This document shows, one piece after another, positions 21,334 to 30,961 of a stretch of 64,000 nucleotides of DNA. Positions within the stretch are counted from its first letter, which is position 1, and the number at the start of each line of letters is the position of its first letter. The notes beneath the pieces are model-generated. The model saw only the letters and a program-made list of their open reading frames with translations. It was not told the origin of the DNA and ran no database searches. This DNA is from a virus. Taxonomy: Duplodnaviria > Caudoviricetes. A program made the position numbers and the translations under genes. The stretch lies in IMG/VR virus record IMGVR_UViG_3300043078_000170; one strand, given 5' to 3'.

Positions 21334-22716
21334 TTATCCATTCATTCCAAATATACTTTTAATATTTTTCTTTCTACTATCTATTGGTTTTTTATTTCTT
21401 ATATCTAATTGATTTTGTATTTCATATAATTCTGGATCTATATTGCTATTTATTATAGTTTTCATAACATCATCATTGTTATAATTAGCTATTCTTTTAA
21501 ATTGTCTTTCTGTTTTATTAACTTCTTTTGGTTTTTCATCATTAACAGGAGTATCCGAAGTATTCTTAAAGAATTTATTTCTATTATTACTATATAATAG
21601 TACATAAAGACCTATTAAGTAACTCATAGTCAAGTCATCATGTTCTCCTTGCATATGATCAATTTTTCCAGTTCTAGTTCTTATTAATTTTCTTATTTCA
21701 TTAAATAATTCTTGATTGTTAACTAATTCTGGTTTTGTATTAGCTATCATAAATAATATTTCCTCAGTCATAACTTTTCTTTCTTGAGTTCCTGTATTAA
21801 AACCATATTTACGAGTCTCTATACCATTACCTTTATTAGTTTTAAAAATAGAAGTCTTTTTAATCTTCTTTTGTGTGTAATCTTTATCTTCAGTAGATGT
21901 ATAATAAAGATTTTTAGATATAGGAGATTTTTGTAAATATTCAATAAAAGCAGAGTTAAAGTTTCGTTCAGGTATTATAATAGCGTTAGGAACATATTTA
22001 GTAACAAATTCTATTACTAAATTACCAAATTCTAATACTGAGATATTATTATTCTTAAATTTCATAACTTGTTTAAGAGTTATTGGATCGATCAATGAAA
22101 ATGCTGAATAGTCTCTACCTAAACCACCACCAATATCTATAGAAAGACACCAGTTTTTATACATTAGGTTATTAAATGGTTCTAATACATCTATTTTATA
22201 ATTATTAATATAAATAGTTTGTAAATTTTCATTTTTAACATATTTAGACATTTCATCTAATTGTTCTTCAGTAAATATTGACATATTAGAAGCATAAGTC
22301 CACTCAATAAGAATTTCTCTTTTAACTTTAGCCATATCACCTTCAAGTGCTCTTATTTGTGCTTTAAGCCATTTTTCATCTTTTCCTAATTCAGTATGAT
22401 GATATTCAATAAATGTATAACCATTTCCAGAATTTTTATCGAGATAATCTTCTATTTGTTTATCATCCCAATCATACCAACTATAATCAAATTTTGCAGC
22501 TTTTTGAATCATTTCATAGCAGAATTTGCCCTCTGGAACATCGAGGTTGTTCGGAGTTGTAGTGATAGTTATTCCAAAAGGCTGATGAGCTTTTGCAGCT
22601 GCATCAGATGCTTTAGTAAGAGCAGGACGTGCGCTCATGTACATAATTTTATTCATATTTAGAAATGCAAATTCGTCACACCATAGTATAGGAATGTTAA
22701 GACCCCTTCCCAGCTT
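21334..22716 (-). CDS. terL: Terminase large subunit, exon 2
   Basis: GRG...ILWCDEFAF Walker B; ITTTP motif; nuclease SIDIGGGLGRDYSA, IPERN and HDDL. Confidence 0.9.
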   Translation of the reverse strand, partial: KLGRGLNIPILWCDEFAFLNMNKIMYMSARPALTKASDAAAKAHQPFGITITTTPNNLDVPEGKFCYEMIQKAAKFDYSWYDWDDKQIEDYLDKNSGNGYTFIEYHHTELGKDEKWLKAQIRALEGDMAKVKREILIEWTYASNMSIFTEEQLDEMSKYVKNENLQTIYINNYKIDVLEPFNNLMYKNWCLSIDIGGGLGRDYSAFSLIDPITLKQVMKFKNNNISVLEFGNLVIEFVTKYVPNAIIIPERNFNSAFIEYLQKSPISKNLYYTSTEDKDYTQKKIKKTSIFKTNKGNGIETRKYGFNTGTQERKVMTEEILFMIANTKPELVNNQELFNEIRKLIRTRTGKIDHMQGEHDDLTMSYLIGLYVLLYSNNRNKFFKNTSDTPVNDEKPKEVNKTERQFKRIANYNNDDVMKTIINSNIDPELYEIQNQLDIRNKKPIDSRKKNIKSIFGMNG

Positions 22717-24480
22717 CAATAGTTCTTAACATAAAATATCGGTTTTTATAATTAAAAATAATTTGCATTTTATTGTTGGTAATTATAATATTATATAAAA
22801 TCTTTTAAATATTCTTCAAGAATATTTTCTATATTATTAAAATCTTTATAAGTTATTCTTAATAATTCATAATTATGATCTTTACAATAATCATTCTTAA
22901 GTTTATCTCTATTTTGTTGATCTTTTAAATCATTATAATACCAATTCTCAAAATGTTGAATACCATCAAATTCTATTAATAGAATATCTCCATTATCATA
23001 ATCTAATTTAAAATCAAATTTTAGGGGATGATTTTTAGATTTATAATAAAGATCTTTAAATGAATATTGAGTTTTATATTCAATATTATTTTTATCTAAC
23101 CATTTCTTTATTTTTTCTTCACCTTTATAATTTCTACAATTAGGGCATCTTTGACCGTTTAAAAAATGTGTAGGAGACATTTCAAATGTATTATTACATT
23201 TATTATGTAACATTTTAATTTTAGTGTTATAATTCTTATAGTCTTCTATAACACTATATTCAGATCCAACTAATTCAAATACCCTTGACTTAAATTCGTC
23301 ATTAGTTAATTTTTGTTTATCAATATTACATTTAGGACATTTAGTTCCTAATAAGAAATTTGATGGAGATACTAAATACTCATTATTACATTTATTATGC
23401 TTAATTTTAATTTTAGTTGAATTATTAATATATTCACCTAATACTGTATATTCATCACCATACATTTGTTTAACTTCAAATTTAAAAACATCAGTAGTTC
23501 TTTTATTATTCTTTCCACAATAAATACATTTGTTTTTCTTTTTAATAAAATTAGCAGGAGTTATTTCAAATGTATTATTACATTTATTATGCTTAATTTT
23601 AATCTTAGTTGAGTTATTAATATATTCACCTATAACAGTGTATTCATTACCAACTATTTCAAATACTCTTAACTTAAATTCATCAGTAGTTAATTTTCTA
23701 TAAGGATTACAGTAAGGACATTTTTTATATCCATTTAATATATTAATAGCTGAACATTCAAATGTATTATTACATTTATTATGCTTAAATAATAATTTAG
23801 ATTTATTATTAATATAATTACCACCTATTACTTCAAATTCACCATTTTTAAAATTCTTAAATTGTTCTTGAACTTCTTCAAAACTCTTTTGTTTTTTACC
23901 ATTACAATAAGGACATTTTGTAGGTTTATCTTTTAATATATTATAAGCGATTACTGTATATTCATTATTACATAATAAGTGTTTCATTTTAATTATTGAT
24001 CTAGTATTTTTAAATTCATTAGATAAAACTTCATATTGATCTCCAAGATTGGTATTTACAAATTCTTTAAATTCATTAATATTCATAATTATTTTACCTC
24101 ACATTTTAATATATACAAATTGGTTGTTATATATTAAATTTTTTAATATCTAGACTATATCTTCAAGTTTATAAAATAAACTTGCTCTCCGTTTGGGTGA
24201 TATTATTAATACCATATAAACTAATGAGGTATTTAGTTTATTCCTACTCTACTCTCTTCTTCAATTATTCTTTAAGAATAATTTATAATTTCGATAGTCG
24301 TTGAACGTTTATTCTAAGAAGTATTAGAATACTTCGCTGCTGATTGTCTAAAACTAATAATTTTTAAACATTCACGTTTAGAATTGCTTCTTACGTTGTA
24401 GTTTATTAGTTGATAAAGAGTTTCCAGCAATTAGAAGAGTTTATTATAGTGCGAACAAGCTTTTGGAAGAGTAAAATTTT
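22717..24480 (-). mobile_element. Group I intron in terL with an endonuclease ORF
   Basis: P1 AGUGCGGAU/GUUCGCACU with a U-G pair; AATTGCTGGAAA, AATCAGCAG, GTTCAACGACTA and AAGATATAGTCT elements; terminal G22717; splicing gives SADKLGRG in frame. Confidence 0.9.
22791..24086 (-). CDS. Intron-encoded putative homing endonuclease (5 zinc-ribbon repeats plus nuclease)
   Basis: Five HxxC...CxxC repeats; LKFDF...IEFDGIQHF; own GAGG RBS and AACC-N6-TA at 24114-24125. Confidence 0.8.
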   Translation of the reverse strand: MNINEFKEFVNTNLGDQYEVLSNEFKNTRSIIKMKHLLCNNEYTVIAYNILKDKPTKCPYCNGKKQKSFEEVQEQFKNFKNGEFEVIGGNYINNKSKLLFKHNKCNNTFECSAINILNGYKKCPYCNPYRKLTTDEFKLRVFEIVGNEYTVIGEYINNSTKIKIKHNKCNNTFEITPANFIKKKNKCIYCGKNNKRTTDVFKFEVKQMYGDEYTVLGEYINNSTKIKIKHNKCNNEYLVSPSNFLLGTKCPKCNIDKQKLTNDEFKSRVFELVGSEYSVIEDYKNYNTKIKMLHNKCNNTFEMSPTHFLNGQRCPNCRNYKGEEKIKKWLDKNNIEYKTQYSFKDLYYKSKNHPLKFDFKLDYDNGDILLIEFDGIQHFENWYYNDLKDQQNRDKLKNDYCKDHNYELLRITYKDFNNIENILEEYLKDFI

Positions 24481-25077
24481 ATCCGCACTCTTTTCATCTT
24501 TAGGAGATGATAAAGCTTTAATAGTATTATTATTTTCTGCTAATCTAAGCATATTAATATTATCAGTATCATTTTTTAAATTCATATGACTTTTAAGATA
24601 TGGAGGTAACACTTCAATAACATCCATAATACGTTTTAAATTTTCTTGTGAGTCTTGTAATTGTTTATTACTAAATATTATAGTATAATTTTTAGCTTGA
24701 TATAAATAAATCCATGAATACCATACAACTGAACTCCAAGTTTTAAAGTGCTGCCTGGGCAGGCATAATATAATATCTTTATTTTTTATTTGCATATAAT
24801 GCATTGCCATATTGCCTAAATGTAATTCATATTTTACTGCGCCACCAGTAGAATTAATTTTTACAACTTCTCTAATATAATACCAATAATTAATCATTAC
24901 TTCTTTTTGTATTCTAGCTTGCATTTCTAAAGATAAATTAGGATCGTAAGGATCAACACCTTGTAATTTAGAATCATATAGTGCTAACATAAATTTCCAA
25001 TTCTTAATTTTTTTGTCTTTTAATGTTTTAGCCATTTTAATGAAACTAGTATTTTTAGTATTATAATCATAGATCAT
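24481..25077 (-). CDS. terL: Terminase large subunit, exon 1 (spliced product about 659 aa)
   Basis: NYWYYIREVV adenine-binding region; Walker A-like LPRQHFKT. Confidence 0.88.
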
Positions 25078-25131
25078 ATTATATTTACTCCTTTCTTATA
25101 AAATATAATAATAGGTTGAAATAATTATATG

Positions 25132-25309
25132 AAAAAAAAAACTTTTTATTATAATTTTTATTTAGAAAAGAGGTAAAATATTTATGTATTATGAAGATGC
25201 TTATTTAGAAGGTTATTATGATGCCATTCTTGAAAGTGATTATGATGATTATGAAGAAGATGATTATGAAGATGCTTATTTAGAAGGTTATTATGATGCT
25301 TTATTAGAA
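25132..25309 (+). repeat. Left arm of a ~180 bp inverted repeat (promoter, RBS and 42 codons)
   Basis: Reverse complement of 26095-26275 apart from one extra codon and two substitutions. Confidence 0.9.
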
Positions 25310-25753
25310 CAAGGAAATGCTGTAAACAGAGCTAAAAGAAGAAAATTTGAAATAGAAAGAACTAATAATACTCTCCCAATATATGATTCCAATAAAATGG
25401 ATAAAACTACAAAAGCTGGGGAATTTTGGAATACTACTAATTATTATGGTGATAAAGAGCCTGTTTGGAAAAATGCTAAAACTGGAAAAGCTCAAACACT
25501 TAAATTTGATATACCAACTAAAGCTTATTATACAGCAGGAAAAATTGCTAGACATAGACAATTATCAAGAGCTGAAAATGAATTTAGCAAATCAAAAACA
25601 TTACAAAGAAAATTAAACGATGCTAAAAGACAAGGAAAGATTCATAAAGGTTTAAGTGATCCAAATAATTTAGCTAAATATAAAAAGGAAGCAGCTAGAC
25701 AACAAAAACTTAGAAAAAAACCTGGAAAAGGCGGAATTATGGATTTAGTATAA
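25184..25753 (+). CDS. Basic protein with acidic leader containing two EGYYDA(I/L)LE tags
   Basis: MYYEDAYLEGYYDAILE...YEDAYLEGYYDALLE followed by a K/R-rich body. Confidence 0.7.
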   Translation: MYYEDAYLEGYYDAILESDYDDYEEDDYEDAYLEGYYDALLEQGNAVNRAKRRKFEIERTNNTLPIYDSNKMDKTTKAGEFWNTTNYYGDKEPVWKNAKTGKAQTLKFDIPTKAYYTAGKIARHRQLSRAENEFSKSKTLQRKLNDAKRQGKIHKGLSDPNNLAKYKKEAARQQKLRKKPGKGGIMDLV

Positions 25754-25860
25754 AAAAATAATTCTATAAGATTTTATAAAGTCTTATTATTTAACTTTAT
25801 ATTAAAAATAATCCTTAAGAGTTTTAAACTCTTAAGGATTTTATTATATAAAATTTTAAA

Positions 25861-26223
25861 TTACCAACCTAATATTCTTCTACCTTCAGCTCCAGGGTCT
25901 TTCTTTATTCTATCAATTTCCATTTGTCTTCTAGCATTTTGTTTAGCAATATTTCTATTAGAACGATATTCTCTTGAAGCCATTTCCTTAGCACTTTTAT
26001 CGCCTACAAGATCTTCCCATTCTTTTTTTGTGTTGTTTCTTTCTAACATATCTTTTCTTAACTGTTTTCTATATCCTTTAACAGGTTCGCTAATTTCTAA
26101 TAAGGCATTATAATAACCTTCTAAATAAGCATCTTCGTAATAATCATCTTCTTCATAATCATCATAATCACTTTCAAGAATGGCATCATAATAACCTTCT
26201 AAATAAGCATCTTCATAATACAT
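25861..26223 (-). CDS. Basic protein with the same double-tag leader and an unrelated body
   Basis: Leader near-identical to that of the 25184 gene. Confidence 0.7.
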   Translation of the reverse strand: MYYEDAYLEGYYDAILESDYDDYEEDDYYEDAYLEGYYNALLEISEPVKGYRKQLRKDMLERNNTKKEWEDLVGDKSAKEMASREYRSNRNIAKQNARRQMEIDRIKKDPGAEGRRILGW

Positions 26224-26275
26224 AAATATTTTACCTCTTTTCTAAATAAAAATTATAATAAAAAGTTTTTTTTTT
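26095..26275 (-). repeat. Right arm of the ~180 bp inverted repeat
   Basis: Reverse complement of 25132-25309. Confidence 0.9.
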
Positions 26276-26339
26276 GAATCGTATTTAATATATTACTCAT
26301 ATATATATTATAATTATGAATAATATATATTATTCATAT

Positions 26340-26487
26340 TAGTGCAGATATTAAATCCAATAAGCACTTTTAATAAATATTGGAGTTTGTATGTTCCCTT
26401 GAAGAAACTCTTGGTTGAAAAGATATATACCATATAAGAGATAACAGAGTAAAGGTAAATAGTACAAATATATCTTTGGAGGTCATT
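26340..26487 (+). ncRNA. Candidate structured RNA leader, copy 1
   Basis: Homologous to 56602-56754 with compensatory changes in several helices. Confidence 0.6.
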
Positions 26488-26907
26488 ATGACTAAGAATA
26501 TTAATGTAACAGTAACAGCAGCAATCGCAACCGTTATTAGAGAATACAATATCTCCATTAAGATCAAAAGCAGAAATGACATAATTAAGGAGACTGGAAA
26601 AATTTCAATTTGTGCTTGCACAACTTTGGAAAAAGGAAAGTGTCCAATTATTTATTTGGTGAAGGAAGATCTTAGCAAAATCAATAATGACGAATTGCAA
26701 TTTATCATCGGACATGAGCTGGGACATATTATCACAGATAGTGCAGATGAAGAACTTGCTGATCGGTACGGTGAAGCCTGCTCAAAAGGAAGAAACGTTA
26801 ATAAGAAGGTTATATTCCAAAAAATTAAAAAAATCGAAGAAGGCTTGTTAAAAGCAAATCCAAATTTAAGAAAAAGCAATCGTTATGGACATCGGGAAAA
26901 TGCATAA
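26488..26907 (+). CDS. Early HExxH zinc metallopeptidase-like protein (M48/IrrE-like)
   Basis: FIIGHELGHI...EELADRYG; GGAGG RBS supports ATG 26488. Confidence 0.65.
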   Translation: MTKNINVTVTAAIATVIREYNISIKIKSRNDIIKETGKISICACTTLEKGKCPIIYLVKEDLSKINNDELQFIIGHELGHIITDSADEELADRYGEACSKGRNVNKKVIFQKIKKIEEGLLKANPNLRKSNRYGHRENA

Positions 26908-27027
26908 ATGATTAATAAAAATAGAGATGACACGACATAATTATATATACATATATGGTCGTCTCTTTTTTTTTGTATTTTTAATAAAAACTATACTTTA
27001 TATTTTTAAATAGAGAGGTGAAACTAA

Positions 27028-28191
27028 GTGTCAACATTTTTTAATGATGAAGTATATCCAATGATTAAAACAAATGAAACACCTGCAATTACTAAACAAT
27101 TTGAAACTTATGTACATAAATATATGGATAAAAATTCTGAAGTGTTATATCACAATATTCCTAGTAAACGATTATTTTTTACTCCTTCAGATATTAAATA
27201 TCCTTTTGATCTTTTTAAAATATCAGTAGATGAAATAGATAATGTAGTAGCTAAAATTAAAAAAACTAAAGAATGCTATGGTGTTATTAATCAGGTAAAC
27301 TTTCCATTAAACTTTTTAATGGTAAATTTAGTTAGATATTATCATTTAGCTAACAATAAAGCAGGATTACAAGTATCTTTAATGTATTTAACACTATATC
27401 AATATGCTGCATTACATGCAAAATATTTTCAAAAGTTCTTACCTAATGAAGATTGTATGCAATTTACATTTAATAGAGTTTCAGATAAATATTATTTTAG
27501 AAAATATCAATCAGTATTTAAAGCATTATTTGCAACAGTTATTAACGCTCATGAAACACAAAAGAAATCTTTAGAATCTAAAAATGATATGGATATTTTA
27601 AGTTATTTATTAGCGATTAGAACTAGATTAAATAACCAAATGAAATCTTTTGTTAATGAATATATGATAGATTTTAATAATAAAAAATATCTTAAATTAC
27701 AACAAGATTCACAAGATGAAGAAAATTATCGTGAAACATCTAATATGTCTGCTGATTTAGTAATGGTAGTAAATAAAGCTTATAATAAATTTACTACTAC
27801 TAAAGTAGATCCAGTTATTTTAAGAACTGCTTGCGGTATTTGTAAAGCAGAACAAAGTGTAATGAAATTAGCTTTAGAGAATATTAAAGATAATGAATTA
27901 GATTCAATTAGATTATTATTATTATCAATGGTTCAATTATATATTTATAATAGTAATAATAATTCAAATGAAATTGGATCACAGAAATTTGTTACTTATA
28001 TGATATCTGCTTATAGTAAGTCTAATAGTAAAAATGATATAAGCTTAAATATTAAAAAAGTATTAGATAAATTTTTAACTAAATATTGCAATAGATATTC
28101 TAATACTGAAAGAGAAGCTACTAAAGTTATATATCGTAAAGCATTATATATTTATATGGTATTATTAATTAATAAATCATATAATTCATAA
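27028..28191 (+). CDS. Hypothetical protein (late)
   Basis: 387 aa ORF, GAGGTG RBS, AACT-N6-TA upstream. Confidence 0.7.
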   Translation: MSTFFNDEVYPMIKTNETPAITKQFETYVHKYMDKNSEVLYHNIPSKRLFFTPSDIKYPFDLFKISVDEIDNVVAKIKKTKECYGVINQVNFPLNFLMVNLVRYYHLANNKAGLQVSLMYLTLYQYAALHAKYFQKFLPNEDCMQFTFNRVSDKYYFRKYQSVFKALFATVINAHETQKKSLESKNDMDILSYLLAIRTRLNNQMKSFVNEYMIDFNNKKYLKLQQDSQDEENYRETSNMSADLVMVVNKAYNKFTTTKVDPVILRTACGICKAEQSVMKLALENIKDNELDSIRLLLLSMVQLYIYNSNNNSNEIGSQKFVTYMISAYSKSNSKNDISLNIKKVLDKFLTKYCNRYSNTEREATKVIYRKALYIYMVLLINKSYNS

Positions 28192-28216
28192 TTATATATA
28201 AAACAGTAAAGGACGG

Positions 28217-28510
28217 ATGATTATGGCTAGTAATATTTTTAAGTGGGGATTAATTTTATTTAATACAAAAACTAATGATATTGAATATGGTTTCGATAGA
28301 AATTTATCATTTAATTCTTTAATTAATAAATATACTTATTTATATAATAATTATAAAGAAGCTGAAGAAATTTATAAAATTCTTAAAGAAAAATATGATG
28401 ATGATTCTCTATTACTTCCTGAACACGTTCGTAATAATAAAAATATTTATAAAATTAAAATTGCTAGATTAGAATCTGTAATTATTTATGACTTAGAAAA
28501 AGAAGAATAA
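28217..28510 (+). CDS. Hypothetical protein
   Basis: ORF with AAGGA RBS, followed by a hairpin. Confidence 0.55.
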   Translation: MIMASNIFKWGLILFNTKTNDIEYGFDRNLSFNSLINKYTYLYNNYKEAEEIYKILKEKYDDDSLLLPEHVRNNKNIYKIKIARLESVIIYDLEKEE

Positions 28511-28554
28511 ATTATACCCTATAGAGTTTAAAACTCTATAGGGCTTTTTATAAT

Positions 28555-29241
28555 TTATCTTCTTTTCTTTTTATTTGTTTTACAATATTTTTCATAATCT
28601 TTTATGACACGTTCTCTATCTTTTGGTTTAAGATGTTTATATAATTCTAAGTATCTTTTGCTATCTGGAATAGTATAAGTACCAGTTTTTACTCTAGCTG
28701 TAGTATTAATAACTTGTCCATTAACAACTCTTGTAGTAGGAATATCAGCATATCTATTATATTCAATAGTACTAGTAACTTTACCACCTGGAAATATACC
28801 ATTCTTTCTATAAAGTAAATCATTCTTATGACCATAAGTACCATTACCGCTAATAAATGGTTCTTTAAAAGTCTCTCCTCTTTCCATAGCATATTCCATA
28901 GCTTTTACTTTTATATCATCTTTATCACTAATACCTAAAGAACTAGCTATATCACCACTAATATCTCCACCACCTAAAGTTCCAAAAAATCTCATTTTAG
29001 TTGGATTATCAAAATTACCATTTTGAATTTCTAATAAAGCATCATAATATCCTTCTAAATAAGCTTCTTCTTTAATATTTTCTAAATCTTGTTCCAATTC
29101 TTTTCTTTCTTCATATTTTTTCATTCTTCTTTTCCATGTTTTATTAGCATCATCGAGAATTCTTTTACGTTCATATTTACTACAGCAATTTCTATATTTT
29201 TTACTTCTTTTAACTTCATAGATATATTCATTATAAGTCAT
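28555..29241 (-). CDS. Basic protein with internal EGYYDAL tag
   Basis: Starts MTYNEYIYE; internal EEAYLEGYYDALLE. Confidence 0.65.
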   Translation of the reverse strand: MTYNEYIYEVKRSKKYRNCCSKYERKRILDDANKTWKRRMKKYEERKELEQDLENIKEEAYLEGYYDALLEIQNGNFDNPTKMRFFGTLGGGDISGDIASSLGISDKDDIKVKAMEYAMERGETFKEPFISGNGTYGHKNDLLYRKNGIFPGGKVTSTIEYNRYADIPTTRVVNGQVINTTARVKTGTYTIPDSKRYLELYKHLKPKDRERVIKDYEKYCKTNKKKRR

Positions 29242-29264
29242 TTATTAATCACATCTTTTCTTTT

Positions 29265-30089
29265 TTAATTTTTAGGTTTACCCATTTTTTTCCATTCTTT
29301 AAATGTTACATCTTTTCTCTTCTTAGGATCTTTATTTATCCAAGCTCTATATAAATTATGATTATAAGCATTTAAACTTGAAGCAACTGCTACTCCACCT
29401 GCTACTCCACCTGCAGCTACGCCTGCAGCTTTATAAGGAAGTTTAGCATATTTTCGTCTTGAATCTTTAAACGCATCTCTTACTTCTTTTCTACTCATAT
29501 CTTTCATATTTTTTTCATCATAGTATTTAAAAGCGTTATAATGTGTAAAATTATTTTTCTTGCGACACAAATTATCATACTCTTTTTTACTTATTTTACC
29601 TTCTTTATATTCTCTTTTAATTTGTCTCATTCCTATATTAGTATGTATTTTTTCTAAATTTCTTGATGATTTCTTATAGTGTTTAGCATAACGACTAAGA
29701 TGAACTTCATTTAATATATTATAATCATTTTCATAATCATCTATCTTATCTTCATTTATTTCTAATAATGCATCATAATAACCATCAATATAAGATTCAT
29801 TTAATTCTTTTTCGACATCTTTATCATTTTTACGTTTTAATAACCTATAAATACCGTAACCTGCTCCAACGCCTGCTATAGCTGCAGGAGCTCCTATTAC
29901 CGCAAGATTTTTATTATATTTTTTTAATTCTGCTTTTTTTTCTGCTTTTTCTTCATCTTTTTTCTTTTTTTCCAGTTTCGCTTTATATTTTTCAAATTCT
30001 TTTTTATCTTGTAAATTTGTATTATTATTGTTATTTTTAGCTTCATCAAAATAAAAAGTATTTTCTAAAATAAAATCATGATAATTCAT
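29265..30089 (-). CDS. Basic two-segment protein with internal (E/D)GYYDAL tag
   Basis: Starts MNYHDFILE; LNESYIDGYYDALLE separates two K-rich segments, each with a Gly/Ala stretch. Confidence 0.65.
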   Translation of the reverse strand: MNYHDFILENTFYFDEAKNNNNNTNLQDKKEFEKYKAKLEKKKKDEEKAEKKAELKKYNKNLAVIGAPAAIAGVGAGYGIYRLLKRKNDKDVEKELNESYIDGYYDALLEINEDKIDDYENDYNILNEVHLSRYAKHYKKSSRNLEKIHTNIGMRQIKREYKEGKISKKEYDNLCRKKNNFTHYNAFKYYDEKNMKDMSRKEVRDAFKDSRRKYAKLPYKAAGVAAGGVAGGVAVASSLNAYNHNLYRAWINKDPKKRKDVTFKEWKKMGKPKN

Positions 30090-30122
30090 TTAAATACACC
30101 TCTCTAATATTATTAATTTATT

Positions 30123-30830
30123 TTAAGCTATAAATATTTTTCTTCTAGTAGAATTTTTATGAGAATTATTTCTCCATTTTTCTTCTATCTGTTCTTTTTT
30201 ATCTTCAGCTCCTTGTAATTGGTCAATAAACATTTCTATGTTTCCATAAGGAGTTTGAATATTTTGAAATCTAGTACGCATTGTATATAATGTAGACTGA
30301 GTATCAGCTAAAGCATATTTCATAAATTCATCTTCAAGATTTACTGGAATAGTTCCAAAATGATCTGGATGAACAGTATTAGCAATAATAATATAGCTTC
30401 TTACATTATTATAAACAGGATAGATTTCAATCATACCTGGTTCAACATATTTAAAAGTAATAGGATTTGATGTATAAGACATTAAATCAATATTTAATTG
30501 TCTAGAAATTGGATCTCCTAATAACATATCAGCAGCTACTGGATGTAATAAACCTGTAACATAATTTGCACCTAATAGACTTCCACCAATCAATCTATTA
30601 ATACCAATACATTCATTTTGTGTTTTAATATAAAATCTGTTATCATAAGGTTCAACACGATTCTCAGGATCTACAACACAAGTTTCTTGATATGGAAAAT
30701 ACTTTGAAAAAGTTCTTAAAGTTTCATCCTTTAAGTTTTCAATAATTTCTTCATGTGATATTTCTAAATCCATAAATTTAAAACCTAATTTTTTTTCTAG
30801 ACGTTGTATAATTCTAGTACTATTTAACAT
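30123..30830 (-). CDS. Neck/head-completion protein (T4 gp13-like)
   Basis: IIQRLEKKLGFKFMDLEISHEEI resembles gp13 ILRRLGAPIINVELTPDQI; late promoter at 30856-30867. Confidence 0.55.
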   Translation of the reverse strand: MLNSTRIIQRLEKKLGFKFMDLEISHEEIIENLKDETLRTFSKYFPYQETCVVDPENRVEPYDNRFYIKTQNECIGINRLIGGSLLGANYVTGLLHPVAADMLLGDPISRQLNIDLMSYTSNPITFKYVEPGMIEIYPVYNNVRSYIIIANTVHPDHFGTIPVNLEDEFMKYALADTQSTLYTMRTRFQNIQTPYGNIEMFIDQLQGAEDKKEQIEEKWRNNSHKNSTRRKIFIA

Positions 30831-30961
30831 ATTATCATCTCCTTTTATTAGATAATAATTTTCTGTTTTTTATTTAAATTTTCAAATATACATTATATTA
30901 ATGATAAAGTTAAAAATTTTTAGCTTTATAAAATATTATTTAATAAAAGGAGTAAATTATT

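Noticed and set aside
25184-25309. CRISPR-like or diversity-generating retroelement repeat
   Set aside because: The repeats are in-frame coding duplications; there are no spacers, no reverse transcriptase and too few differences for an adenine-specific pattern
26340-26487. T-box, SAM-I, c-di-GMP riboswitch or hammerhead
   Set aside because: Only fragments match (AGUA/GAA, UUGAAGA); the defining consensus elements are missing
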